Source of the DNA: Scyliorhinus canicula
Taxonomy: Eukaryota
DNA: 64,000 nucleotides
Reading direction: 5' to 3'
Assembly (NCBI RefSeq): GCF_902713615.1
Contig: NC_052147.1
Location: 21,626,276 to 21,690,275 of the forward strand
Positions 46,437 through 58,086 of this stretch are shown piece by piece. Numbering within the stretch: the stretch's first letter is position 1; every line of letters starts with the position of its first letter. The position numbers and the translations under genes are program-made. The notes under the pieces were generated by a model. It was given only the letters and a program-made list of their open reading frames with translations. It was not told where the DNA came from and did not search any database.

Positions 46437-46839
46437 TGTCGTGTTAAGCACACTAAGATAACACGGGCTGCAACTGGATGCAGCTATGACTGAAATAGAC
46501 TCCAGACCTTTGAAGTTAGTTCAATTTGATTTATTGAACCTGTCACACTGTTAGCACAGTTCTCTGTGAGTTCGACTCTCTGCTAACCTAAGTGTGATCT
46601 CTCTGTCTGACTGAACCAGACTAGCTCTTAGCCACGTGCTGTATGAGTTACGTGGTACATACACCGGACTCACTCTGTAGATGTCCCTAGTGGAAAGAGG
46701 TGGAGTGTGAGTGCCTCATGTCTTTTATGCTGGGAAACCACCCCCAAGTGTTCTGCCTGCTGATTAGTTATGTCCTGTTCTCTGTGCTCATTAGCTGCCT
46801 GTCTGTATCTCATTATGTGCATGTCTGCATATCATGACA
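46437..46839 (-). mobile_element. Solo LTR
   Basis: TGTCGTG...CATGACA termini, 5-bp TSD CAGTT. Confidence 0.9.
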
Positions 46840-47887
46840 CAGTTGATTGGCAAAACTTGCTGAACATTGAATTCTTTCCTTAATGACTTGACTGCTCTCG
46901 AGAAGTTTAGTATATATGTGGACCACAGTGGCCAGCTCACTTCTTTTCCGTGGTTTGTTTAGCTTTGTTGCTTTTCGGGTTTTTTCTTCCCTAGATGAAG
47001 GCAAACTTCTGACCTTAGCATAGAAAGGCGCATGCATGAAACACATAAAGTGAACTGTTCTCAGCGTCACCAAGTTAAACGTGCGCCATTTTAATCAGTT
47101 AATAGGTTAATAATTATATTAAAATCAGGCACAGTGGAACAACACGAGAAGGCAATCGAACACAGAAATTACAAATACCCCTGAGAGTAATCCCACCCCA
47201 AAGATTTTTTTAAAAAGTGTATTTTAACAGTAACCTTTTGTATGACTGCGTTTGTGCATCTCTGCTGTGGAGAATTGACAATGTAGCTGCAAAGTCAATT
47301 CCTGACCAGACACCAGAGGGAAAAGCGGGACCACTTGGAGGTGGCAACCACCGAGCACTTGAATGTGACACCAGATGCGGTATGAACCCACTTTAGAGTC
47401 AAAGCAGACTTAAAGAGTGCTCAGCGCAGAAGGGGTGTTTTAGATATCCTCGGCACTTTGGGAACGTACCCAGAGCTTGTTTTAATGTTTTGAGAGCTCC
47501 CAGTCATGCTCTCAAAATGTTTTAAATCGAAAGGTTGGAAGCGGAGCCCTCTCCGGGCTGGGTGAATTCCAATTGGAGCTCGGCAGTATAAACATGGTAC
47601 TGTCTGGCTCCAGCCTGCACTGCAGTTACCGGTGTCAGACAAACATCCAAGTGGTTGTCACAAATGGATACATTTGCAAACTCGAACTTGCCAGTTACTG
47701 GCATGAAAGAAAAATGTCCAAAATGAGCAGTTAACAGATTTACCACCGGCATCCTGCTGTAAGGCAAAGCAAAAAATCTCGGCCAAAGAGATAAAATCAG
47801 GAGGATGCAGAAAAATAATGTTGATTGTTGCATCCACTCTGTTTGTGCTCAGTGCTGAACTGGATCAGAAACTCACCCAAGCTGCCC

Positions 47888-48200
47888 CCAGCTGTGGCTC
47901 AATTGGTGGCACTCTTACTTCTGAGCAACATGGTTGTGGGTTCAAGTCCCACTCTAGTACCTGAATGTGAAATTCAAAGTTGACATTCCAATGCAGCACT
48001 ATGGGAGGTGCTGTCTATTTGATGAGATATAAAGATGCTCACTGTTCCCTTGGGTGGATATTAAAGATCCCATGTTGCTGTTTTAATGAAGAGCAGGGGA
48101 GCGCTATCTGATATTCCCATTCAACATCATAAAAACAGCTTATGCGGTCATTATCACATTGTGTCCATTGGCTGCTATGTTTTTTTTACATGACAACAGC
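47888..48200 (+). mobile_element. DeuSINE/SacSINE1-like SINE
   Basis: GGCTCAATTGGTGGCACTCT...GGGTTCAAGTCCCACTC head; GTGGATATTAAAGATCCCATG...GAAGAGCAGGGGAG...GGTCATTATCACATTG core. Confidence 0.75.
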
Positions 48201-48213
48201 GACTTTGATTTTA

Positions 48214-48421
48214 AAGCAAAATACTGCAGATGCTGGAAATCTGAAAATATAACAGAAAATGCTAGAAATACTCAGTAGGTCTGGTAGCACCTGTGGAGAA
48301 AGAAACAGGGTTGTTTCAAGTTAAATATGAAAAAGAGTCATATTTGACTTGAAATGTTTTTTTCTTTCCACACATGCAACAAGACCTGCTGGGTATTTTC
48401 ACACTTTCTGTTTTTATTTCA
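48214..48421. mobile_element. Penelope-like inverted terminal-repeat remnant
   Basis: AAGCAAAATACTGCAGATGCTGGAAATCTG arm and its partial reverse complement; decayed hammerhead at 48327-48358. Confidence 0.7.
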
Positions 48422-48524
48422 ATTGAAAAGTGCTTCATTGGTTTTAAAGCACTTCAGGAAGTCTGGTGGTTGCGAAAGGTGCAATTTAAATGCAAGTTTG
48501 TGTTTTCATTCAAAAGGGTTTGCA

Positions 48525-48750
48525 GGGCAGCACGGTGGCACAGTGAGTTAGCCCCACTGCCTCATGGCGCTGAGGTCCCAGGTTCGATCCTGGCCCTGGG
48601 TCACTGCCCGTGTGGAGTTTGCACATTCTCCCCGTGTTTGTGTGGGTTTCGTCCCCACACCCAAAGATGTGCAGGTTAGGTGGATTGGCCATGCTAAATT
48701 GCCCCTTAATTAGAAAAAATGAATTGGGTACTCTAAATTTATTTTTTAAA
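48525..48750 (+). mobile_element. HE1-type SINE, short-tail variant
   Basis: Ends CCTTAATTAGAAAAAATGAATTGGGTACTCTAAATTT. Confidence 0.88.
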
Positions 48751-49907
48751 AGGGTTTGCTGAGAACAATTTCAGACTTAATTCAAGTGGGCTCAGGTCAA
48801 AGAGTGTCAAAGGACGTACCAGAGGCCTTTTTCCTCAACCGAGGATTTCCCACCACACTATCGTGGTTGACAGGAGTCTCGACTGTGCTGGACCCATTTC
48901 CCACACTTCTGCTCTCACCCCTTCCCCTCCCTCCCAGAACCACAGCAGGTTTCTTCCTCTTCTACCTCAGAGCTCTGCAGAATGACACTTGTTTATGTGT
49001 GTAACAGGTTTTATTCACAGTGCTTTACAATGTCTGTTCCTAGCTTCCAGTGATTTCTACAGTCTGTTTGCCTCTCTCTCTCTCTCTCTCTTTCTCTTTC
49101 TCTCTGAGTCCACACTCAGGCTTAACTAATCAAGCACATTGAGCGTCAATAATAAACAGGTTCACATGATCAAACACAGAACAATCAAACAATTGAACAC
49201 CATGCTCATCTTCCACCTCCAGTGTTATTTAACCAGCAAATATATTCTCCCTCCTCTCCACTTCCAGCACTCCAAAGGGATTATTTCCTCTGCAACACCC
49301 CGGTCTCTCCCCAATCTCTTCCCTTCCGACAGCACCTTCTATGTAGGTGCAGGAGGTATAACAACTGCCTATTTACCTCCTCTCTCCTTCCTGTCCAGGA
49401 CCCCACTGCCCAGGTGAAGCAACAATTACACGTACTTCTTACAATTTAGTACACTGCATTCACTGCTCACAATGTGACCTCCTCCACAGTGGGAAGCCCC
49501 AAATGCAGGTTTGATGACCACTTTGTGGAACAGATCCACTCAGTCTACAAGAAGGTTGCTGAGCTTCCAGTGGCTTGCCATTTTAATGCCCCAACTTGCT
49601 GTCACACTGACATCTCTGTCCTTAGTCTGCTGGAGTGTTCCAGTGAAGCTCAATGTGAGCTCAAGGAACAGCGCCACACCTTTCTGTTCGGCACTTTGCA
49701 GCTTTCTGAACTCAACAGTGAGTTCAACTATTTCAGACCCTAATATCTACCCCCCCCCCCCCCCCCCCCCCCACCCCACAATTTGTCTCATTTTCTTTGC
49801 AGCTTTTGTTTTCAGGTGGCAGATGTTCATCATTCTGCCATTGACACCTCCTCTGGACACATCTTTTGTTTCCTTATCTGTTGCATTGGCACAGTCTTTG
49901 ACTATTC

Positions 49908-50655
49908 TAGAATCACAGAACCATTGCGGTGCAGAAGGAGGCCATTTGGCCCATCATGTCTGTACCGGTTCTCCAAATGAGCATTGTGACTTAATGCCGT
50001 TCCCCTGCCTTTTCCCCATAACCGCGTGCATTGTTTCTGTTCAAATAATCATCTTAAAGTCCTCAGTTGAACCTGCCTCCACCACGCTGCTAGGCAGTGC
50101 ATTCCAGACCCGAGCCACTTGTGCGAAAACATTTTTTTCCCACGACACATTTGCTTCTTTTGCAAATCACTTTAAATCTGTGCCCTCTCGTTCTTGGTCC
50201 TTTTACGAGCGGGAACAGTTTCTCCCTATCTACTCTGTCCAGCTCCCTCGTAATTTTGAACATCTCTATCAAATCTCCTCTTACCCTTCTTCTCTCCAAG
50301 GTGAACAGTCCCAACCTCTCCAATCTATTCTCATAACTGAAGTTTCTCATCCCTAGAACTATTCTTCCAAACATCTTCTGCAATCTTTTCAATGCATTCA
50401 CATCCTTCCTATAGTGCGGCATCCAAAACTGTGCACAATATTCCAGCTGAGGTCTAACCCATGTCTTGTATAAGTTCAGCATTACCTCCTTGTTCTTGTA
50501 CTCTATTGACTTATTACTAAAAGCTACTGTATGCTTTATGAACAGCTGTCTCCACCTGCCGTGTAACCTTCAATGATCATGACCCAGGTCCTTCTGCTCC
50601 TGCACCCCTTTAAGAATTTTACCCCTTATTTTGTATTGTCCCTCTATGTTCTTCC
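49908..50655 (-). mobile_element. CR1 LINE 3' fragment
   Basis: MLNLYKTWVRPQLEYCAQFWMPHYRKD...TRGHRFKV. Confidence 0.9.
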
Positions 50656-50734
50656 TACCAACTCTTTTGTCATTTAATGTCTCATATCTTCCACCCTATC
50701 ATAGGCCTTCATACTTGTTTTGTTTTCATCCTAA

Positions 50735-51527
50735 TGAGTTGCAAAAAGTTTGTTTACAGGTGCAACAGGTGATGAAGAAGGTGAATGGAATTTTGTCCTT
50801 CATTGCTAGAGGGACGGAGGTTAAGACTAGGGAGGATATGCTGCAACTGTATAAGGTGTTAGTGAGGCCACACCTCACTATTGTGTTCAGTTTTGGTCTT
50901 CCTACTTGAGAAAGGACATACTGGCGCTGAACGGTGTGCAGAGGAGATTCACTAGGTTAATCCCAGAGTTGAGGGGGTTGGATTACGAGGAGAGGTTCAG
51001 TAGACTGGGACTGTACTCACTGGAATTTAGAAGGATGCGAGGGGATCTTATAGAAACATCTAAAATTATGAATGGAATAAATAGGATAGATGCGGGCAGG
51101 TTGTTTCCACTGGCGAGGGAAAGCAGAACTAGGGGCATAGCCTCAAAATAAAGTGAAGTAGATTTAGGACTGAGTTTAAGAGGAACTTCTTCACCCAAAG
51201 GGTTGTGAATCTATGGAATTTCGTGCCCAGTGAAGCAGTTGAGGCTCCTTCATTAAATGTTTTCAAGATAAAGATAGATAGTTGATACACTATCAATAAT
51301 ACACAACAAGTTAATAAAGTTAACTGAGGCTTTAATACACTAAACAGCAAGCCTCCAGCCTCTGGACCTGAACTGGGCAGGAGGTGGGCAAAGGAATAAA
51401 GGGTTATAGTGTTCAGCCGGGAAAGAGGAGCTGAATCCACAAAAGATCAGCCATGATCTCATAATGGCGGAGCAGGCTCGAAGGGCCAAATGGTCTACTC
51501 CTGCTCCTAGTTCTTATGTTCTTATGT
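50735..51527 (+). mobile_element. CR1 LINE 3' fragment
   Basis: Same subfamily as 42084-42740; (TTCTTATG) tail; short foreign insert at ~51283-51390. Confidence 0.9.
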
Positions 51528-51879
51528 TCTCTCACATTTTACCTCCTTTAAAACTATTACAATTCTGACTTTTCCCAGTTCAGATGGAAGGTCATGACCT
51601 GAACTCTGTTTCTCTCCCCACAGAAGCTGCCTAACCTGCTGAGTGTTTCCAGAATTTCCTCTTATTATTTTTTTTAAAAACCTCCTCCTGTGACTCGGTG
51701 TCAAACTTTGTTTTGATTACCCTCCTGTGAAATGCCTTGGGATGTTTTTTTCTCCATGAAAGCTTCTATCTAAATGCAAGTAGTTGTGACTTAAGAGTGT
51801 GTCGAGTTGGATTTCTTACAGTGGAGATGGTCAGTTAACTGGGGCAACCGTTGCTGAAATGTTAGAGGGTCATCTCTTT

Positions 51880-52421
51880 AATCGGGACAAGGGGAGTCCA
51901 CACCGAGTAAACTAAGAAACAAAGTTTTATTTACACAAATGATATATGGGTAGCACAGTAGCACAGTTGTTAACTCTGTGACTTCAAAGTGCCAGGGTCC
52001 CAGGTTTGATTCTCGGCTTGGGTCACTGTCTGTGCGGAGCCTGCGCATTCGCCCCGCGTCTGCGTGGATTTCCTCCGGGTGCTCCAGTTTCCTCCCACAA
52101 GTCCCGAAAGATATGCTATTGGATAATTTTGACATTCTGAATTCTCCCTCAGTGTACAGGTGCCGGAATGTGGCGACTCGGGGCTTTTCACAGTAACTTC
52201 ATTGCTGTGTTAATGCAAGCCTACTTGCGACACTAATAAAGATGATCATTTTATTATGTGCACTGCCCCATCGATCCCTACCGGGTTCCTCCTTGTTGGT
52301 GCCTTACTGTTTGACCTTATTTACATGGGTTAATTGAAATACCCTGCCCCAAGCGGGGGGAGCTCGTACTCGGTCAGGAGCACAGGGAAGTCAAGCTTTC
52401 CCACCCCATAGGTTCCATGTG
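51880..52421 (-). mobile_element. LTR-like remnant split by a chimeric SINE (51948-52250, +)
   Basis: Ends GATATTACA; resembles the LTR at 56740-56997 (CCACACCGAGT...AAGAAAC...TTTATTTA). Confidence 0.6.
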
Positions 52422-53239
52422 GGATATTACAGTCTCCATTTACAAACAGCCAGGCTCGCTGCAGACAATAGGAAATCCTGACGTCTTGTGTACGACGACT
52501 GGATGGAGCTCATTTAAATTGGTCTGGAGTGGGGACTTTGTGACTTGGTCGGAAATAATTGGTGCTAATAGCTATCAGGTGGCCTGCTGTTGGTGCAGCA
52601 AAAACAAAGCACTTAGGATTGTGTAAGTAATTGGCTTTAAGTGCAGACCCTTGGCTCTCAGAGGCCACAGTGGGACCTATTTACACAAACAGCTGTTTAC
52701 CTCGATTCTAAGAGGCTACAGGGAGATTACGCATTTGCAAAACAAGAAAGGTCACTTTTGCCTGATGCTGACGGTCGAATGCTGCTCAGTTGATCAGGGC
52801 TTTTCATTTTAGGTTGACTTTGGGAGATGGCGCAATCTGAGTTGATACGTGAGAATTGTATAAATCAAAGTGGGAAGCATGTTTAATCTGATTTATCATT
52901 TTCAAACGTTAATACAATTGAAAAACCAATGGCAAACCCAGAATCGCGCCACCTATTTAAACTGGCACCTACTGGAATCCCCGATGCAGATTACCCCCTG
53001 GTAAAACCAGTAAGGATGCCTGAACTGCACTGTTTAAACTGCTCACAGCAGGAAGCTGAGACAAGGAAGAAAGGCATCCTCCCCACATTCCCCCCACCCC
53101 CTCCCCACCACCCCCCGACCCCCTTTGGGCTCTGCGTAACGCCAGTGAGGACTAGGAGGTGTTTGTGTCATGGGATTATACGTAAGTGGTTTTCAGTCAA
53201 TGATGTACCTAACGGGACAGCTATGTGCCATACGTACAC

Positions 53240-53576
53240 GGCAGCGTGGTAGCATAGTGGTTAGCACAATTGCTTCACAGCTCCAGGGTCTCAGGTTCGA
53301 TTTCCGGCTTGGGTCACTGTCTGTGCGGCACGTTCTCACCGTGTCTGCGGGGGTTTCCTCTGGGTGCTCCGGTTTCCTTCCACAGTCCATAGATGTGCAG
53401 ATTAGGTGGATTGGCCATGATCAATTGCCCTTAGTGTCCAAAAAGGTTAAGTGGGGGTTGCTGAGTTACGGGAATAGGGTAGATACGTGGGCTTGAGTAG
53501 GGTGCTCTTTGTAAGGGCCAGTGCAGACTCGATTGGCCGAATGGCCTCCTTTTGCACTGTACATTCTATGGTTCTA
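53240..53576 (+). mobile_element. HE1-type V-SINE
   Basis: Head, V-domain and CR1-like tail. Confidence 0.88.
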
Positions 53577-53579
53577 AGA

Positions 53580-54560
53580 AAAGCGTCCCAAAATGCTTCA
53601 CATGCAATGCATCACTCCAAAGTGCAAACATGGCAGCCATTGTGTACACAACAAGATCCCACTATCAGCAGCAATCGTTTAGCTAGTTTATCCACCGTAT
53701 TTCCGGTGGCCTAGGTTAAAGGAAGATTGTTGGTCGGGGCATCGGAATGATTCTCTTGCTCTTCAAACAGAGCCATGGATTTTTATTTTCATGTCCATCT
53801 GAATCACTGGAACAGAGAGACAGAGCCTCAGTTCAATATGTGATTGAAAGCCAGCACACTGAACATTGCAGCTCCCCCTCAGTACTGCATCGGAATGTAA
53901 GTCAAGATTTAAATATAATCATGGAAATATGAAGCAGAATGTCTTGGCCAGTAATGAAATGTGATGAGACAAGTAACAGGCTCACAACATTGCAGTGAAC
54001 TGTTCTTGTGGGGATATTTTTTATGTTGGTATTTCATCTCAAACGTAAACCAAAGGGGCTGAAATTGGGTTTTCTCCTCTTTCGTTTGCATTCCCACAAG
54101 AACGTTTTAATTTCTTAAAACATTTCTCACCACTTTTTTCCTTTCTCTTTAGCCACTCAGGTCGTGTGGGTCAATTTTCACTTCTATCGCTGGACGTTAA
54201 CAGTGTAGTAATGGACACCAAATGAAAGTGGTAGCCCAAATACTGTCCCATTAAAATTGATGCGCAGGCCGGTGACATTTTGAAATGGGTGTACTGCTGG
54301 GTGCCCAAAGCACTCGACTTCTCAGGCAGGAGATAGATTTCAAAATGTGAATCGAGGTCCTGAGACCTTCATTGCAATTCGAGGTTGGAGCGTGCACCAT
54401 GTCCACTGGCCAGTTCCGTGGGAGAATGGGACATTCTCCCCAATGTCCGTGCCAATATTTATCCTTTGCCCAACAACAGTAACTAAAAGCACTGCCTTAT
54501 TGCTGTTTGTGACATCTTGCTGTGCAAACATGGGCTGCTGTGTTTCCCACATCACAACGG
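53580..54560 (-). mobile_element. Two decayed DeuSINE/SacSINE1-like copies (~53580-53900 and ~54330-54560)
   Basis: TTGCTCTTCAAACAGAGCCATGGAT...CTCCCCCTCAGTACTGCA and ATTGCTGTTTGTGACATCTTGCTGTGC core motifs. Confidence 0.55.
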
Positions 54561-54774
54561 TGACCACACAGCAAGTCTTCTGCCATTTGACATTTGCCTG
54601 ACCTCTGAACACTAACCTCTTCTGGGTCTTGTGCCATTTGCAATCCACCCCCCTCCCCCACAGCACCACCCCCTCCTCTCTCCCCCCCCCCCCCCCCCAC
54701 CCCACCCCACCCCCGACCCACCCCGACCTTCTGCAAAACATTTCTGGATATCCTGAGTTTGTGCAGTGCACTAC

Positions 54775-55086
54775 ATGACGGGTACAGCGGTTAGCACTAC
54801 TGCCTCACAGCGTCAGGAACCTACGTTCAATTCTGGCCTTGGGTGACTGTGGAGTTTGTCAGTTCTCCCCTGTTTCTGCATGGGCTTCCTCCGGGTGCTC
54901 CGCTTTCCTCCCACAGTCCAAAGATGTGCAGGTTAGGCAGATTGGCCATGTTAAATTGCTCCTTAATGTCCAGGGTTTGGTGGAGTTACGGGATGGCGGG
55001 GTTAGGTTGCTCTTTCAGAAGGTCGATGCAGACTCGATGGGCTGAATGGCCTCCTTCTGCAATGCAGGGATTCTGTGAATCTATGA
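54775..55086 (+). mobile_element. HE1-type V-SINE, older copy
   Basis: Head, V-domain and tail with more substitutions. Confidence 0.85.
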
Positions 55087-57530
55087 TAATTGTGTAGGAG
55101 ATGGCCAGTTGTGAACGTATGTATGTCTATATCTGTGTATTTCTTTCTTCTTTTTATCTTCATTGGCACAGATATCAAAGCAGGATGTTCAGGGTGATGA
55201 TCTTTTCTCAGATAACATCAGTGACACTCCATGGTCATTAGATATGAGGGCTGATTGAAGCAGGGCCAGTGGAATTCTGGCAGATGCACACGACAGTGAT
55301 AAAACTCCTTTCTCCTTCAATCTGGAATGATTCATTGTCCGGTCAGCACGCTGACACGGCACACTGTTGTTCCTGTCAAGCACTTTTCAAAAATGTCAGT
55401 TGAATAATCATTGGTCCCACTGAGGTAATTCTGTAAGTCCTTCAGAGCTCCATCTGACCATAGTATAAAACTGAAAATCGGGCTAGTTAAGTAGGACAGA
55501 ATGTTAGTTTGGGTTATATATAAAATGATATTGAAGGCCTGATACTGAAAGTCAATTATAGAGTTAGCAGAATAGGAAGAAGATCCTTCTTCAGTTTTAT
55601 ATTAAGCAGGGTTAATCACAATATTCCACAAAAATAATACTGTACATTATGGACAAGTACTAAACAGTTCTAATACCTTTTCCCTCTCAGATTTATTTGG
55701 AAATTTGGACTTGATCTGTAGTTGTTGTAGTATATGCTGGAATTCCTGTCAAGTTGCACAGAAAATTTTGCCACAAGCCAGTAAAATAGTTCAATCTCTT
55801 CCCGGAGGATATTTATTTCCTCAGCCTCCACCCACACTGCCAGCTCTACTGCTGACCCAGAGCTTCGCAGAATCTATCGCCGGGTGACTTGATCCCATCG
55901 CTTTATCAGCCCTCTTCTGAACCAAGGTTAGATCGCATGCCAGGGAAGTCATGAATTAGCCTGCACCTCCTACAGGGTCAAACACGTCTCTACCTCCCAG
56001 AGGAACATAGCTGAGTGGGGAATCAAGCCAGTGGCACATTGCTCTTCAAATATCCAGCAATAAAATATAAAATTGCTTCTAACTGCATCCAAAACCCTCA
56101 TTCACTGCAAACCAGATGAATCGCTGGAACAGCAGTGAAAAGAGCTGCACTGCTGGTGAGATTCCACATCCCTCAGTGCCAGCAAAGTCTTAAGATGTCA
56201 ACTTCAGCTCAGTGGTAGCACTCTCTCGCCTCTGTGTCAGAAGTTTATGGCACCAATTAGCTGAGGGATAAAAAAGCAGGGAACAGTGGTAAATAGCTGT
56301 TTCACGGGCTGGAGGAAGGTATGTAGTGGTTTTCCCAAGAGGTGGGTCACTGCTCTTTCTGATGTGTGTTAATAACCTGGCATGGGAGGGCACAATTTCA
56401 AAGTTTTCCACTGACTCAAAACACAGTAACAGCGGTTAAACAATGAGGAGAATAGCAACAGACTCCAGACCATTGTGCTTGCCGGGCCTCATCCTCGTCG
56501 GGTTGACAAGGCTGTGGCTGGAAAAGCTCACTGCCTGGGGGCAACCTGCTGGCTCAGGCCCACCACATTGTCAGGGGCTCCAACTGACCGCGAGGATGGA
56601 GGGAGGTAAGTTCTGGGGCTGGGTTTAGGTGGGATGGGGGTTGGGCCATCAGTCCCCATCGGAATTTCCGATGCTTGAGTTTCCATTTCCCAATCTGTGT
56701 CCATGACTTCCTGTTAACTGTTGAGAAAATGGCATTTGGTGTTTTTTATGAGGCCACGAAGGAGCCCACACCGAGTGGTTCAAAGAAACCTAGTTTATTT
56801 ATAATAGCTATTATATACGTCACACGATAGATTCCTGCTGGGTCTGCCATGCTGGTAACAAACTGTCTGCTTTATATTTTGTACAACTATACATTGTTTA
56901 GATGTCTCCTGCCTCCTTAACGGGGCAGCTCATATTTTTCAAGGTTCACGGGGAAGTTAATTGTTCCCAACCCGTAAGACCCTTGTGGTTTATCACAGCC
57001 CCCCCACCTGGTCCCACAATGTCTGAATAATCCTCCGACGTCTGCGGGGAAGGAGGGCACTGGACTCTCTTTGTGTCAAGCTGGGCGTCACGCATCCAAG
57101 GTGCCGGTTCGGGCGGGTGAATTCGGAAGGCGAACGGCACTTTCGGCTGGAACATCGTGGCGATGCTCAGCTGGATGGCTGCTGTGCTGTCGATACCCCA
57201 TCGGACATTTCTAATGCTTGAGATTCCATTTCCAAATCCGTGTCCACGACCTCTCTCGTATCAGCGTCTTGACTCCCTTGGCGCTCCGTCACGGCCTGCT
57301 GTGGCATCAGAGTCGGCTGGATGAAAACTTTATGCTCAAGAGGAGATCTCCCAAGAACTGGTCACCTGGACTGAATGTGCTCAAGGTACTTTCGCATGAT
57401 CCCACCTTGGACTTGCACTTAATTGGAAACTGGCCCTGTCTGGTGGAGGATAGTCCTGGAGATCCATTGGGCACCGTCTGCAATGTTTCAAATGTACATC
57501 CTGTCACCTGGTGCAAACTGTCTGGATGAG

Positions 57531-57745
57531 TGCGGCATGGTGACGCAGTGGTTAGCACAGCTGCCTCACGACACCATGGACCAAAGTTCGATCCTGGCCC
57601 CGGGATACTGTCCGTGTGGAGTTTGCACATTCTCTCCGTGTCTGGTGGGTCACACCCCCACAACCCAAAGATGTGCAGGGTGGGTGGATTGGCCATGTTA
57701 AATTGCCCTTTAATTGGAAAGCAAAATTGGATACACTAAAAAAAA
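57531..57745 (+). mobile_element. HE1-type SINE, short-tail variant, inside the Gypsy element
   Basis: Head and V-domain with tail Z. Confidence 0.85.
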
Positions 57746-57849
57746 TGTTTAAGTGTCTAGATGGTCAACATCGAATGGGGCAATGCCCTTGCAGCTCCTG
57801 GTTGTGTTGCACATTTTCACCTATGTCAGGGAAAATCATTCTGTGCTGA

Positions 57850-58086
57850 CCTGCACGGAACGCACGGGATGGGGATGATTGATTTCCCCATGTGGCTCAA
57901 GGAACATGAACTCCCCCGCTGACTGCGGGGCTGATATCATGTTGTATAAAAGGTTGGCCAGATAGGAATCGACCTACAGAGAGTGAAAGGACCCGGAGAG
58001 GTTCAACCAGGCCCCTTTGTAAATAATCCTTATTATAAATAAACATCTTCTCTGTCTTACTCATCTGACTCCACTCGTCTTTATTA
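57850..58086 (+). mobile_element. LTR-like insert in the integrase of the minus-strand Gypsy
   Basis: Integrase reading RRLRTLV... resumes as ...RMIFPDIG on the far side; insert has TATAAAA and AATAAA on the + strand. Confidence 0.6.

Larger units (their letters stand above)
48810..51665 (+). mobile_element. Penelope-like retroelement 3' part (GIY-YIG endonuclease remnant 49410-49743 plus terminal repeat), fragmented
   Basis: NLVHCIHCSQCDLLHSG...HFVEQIHSV...LPVACHFN...LKEQ...GTLQ..LNSEF is a decayed LVYCIRC..C...YIGET...EH...GLN motif set. UTR pieces at ~49780-49900, 50660-50730 and 51530-51665. Confidence 0.8.

Noticed and set aside
49511-50356. 281-aa ORF
   Set aside because: Crosses a Penelope remnant, a poly-C run and an antisense CR1; chimeric artefact.
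53955-54105. C/D-box snoRNA (GTGATGA...CTGA) and an 11-bp inverted repeat
   Set aside because: No terminal stem and no evident guide sequence; compatible with chance.
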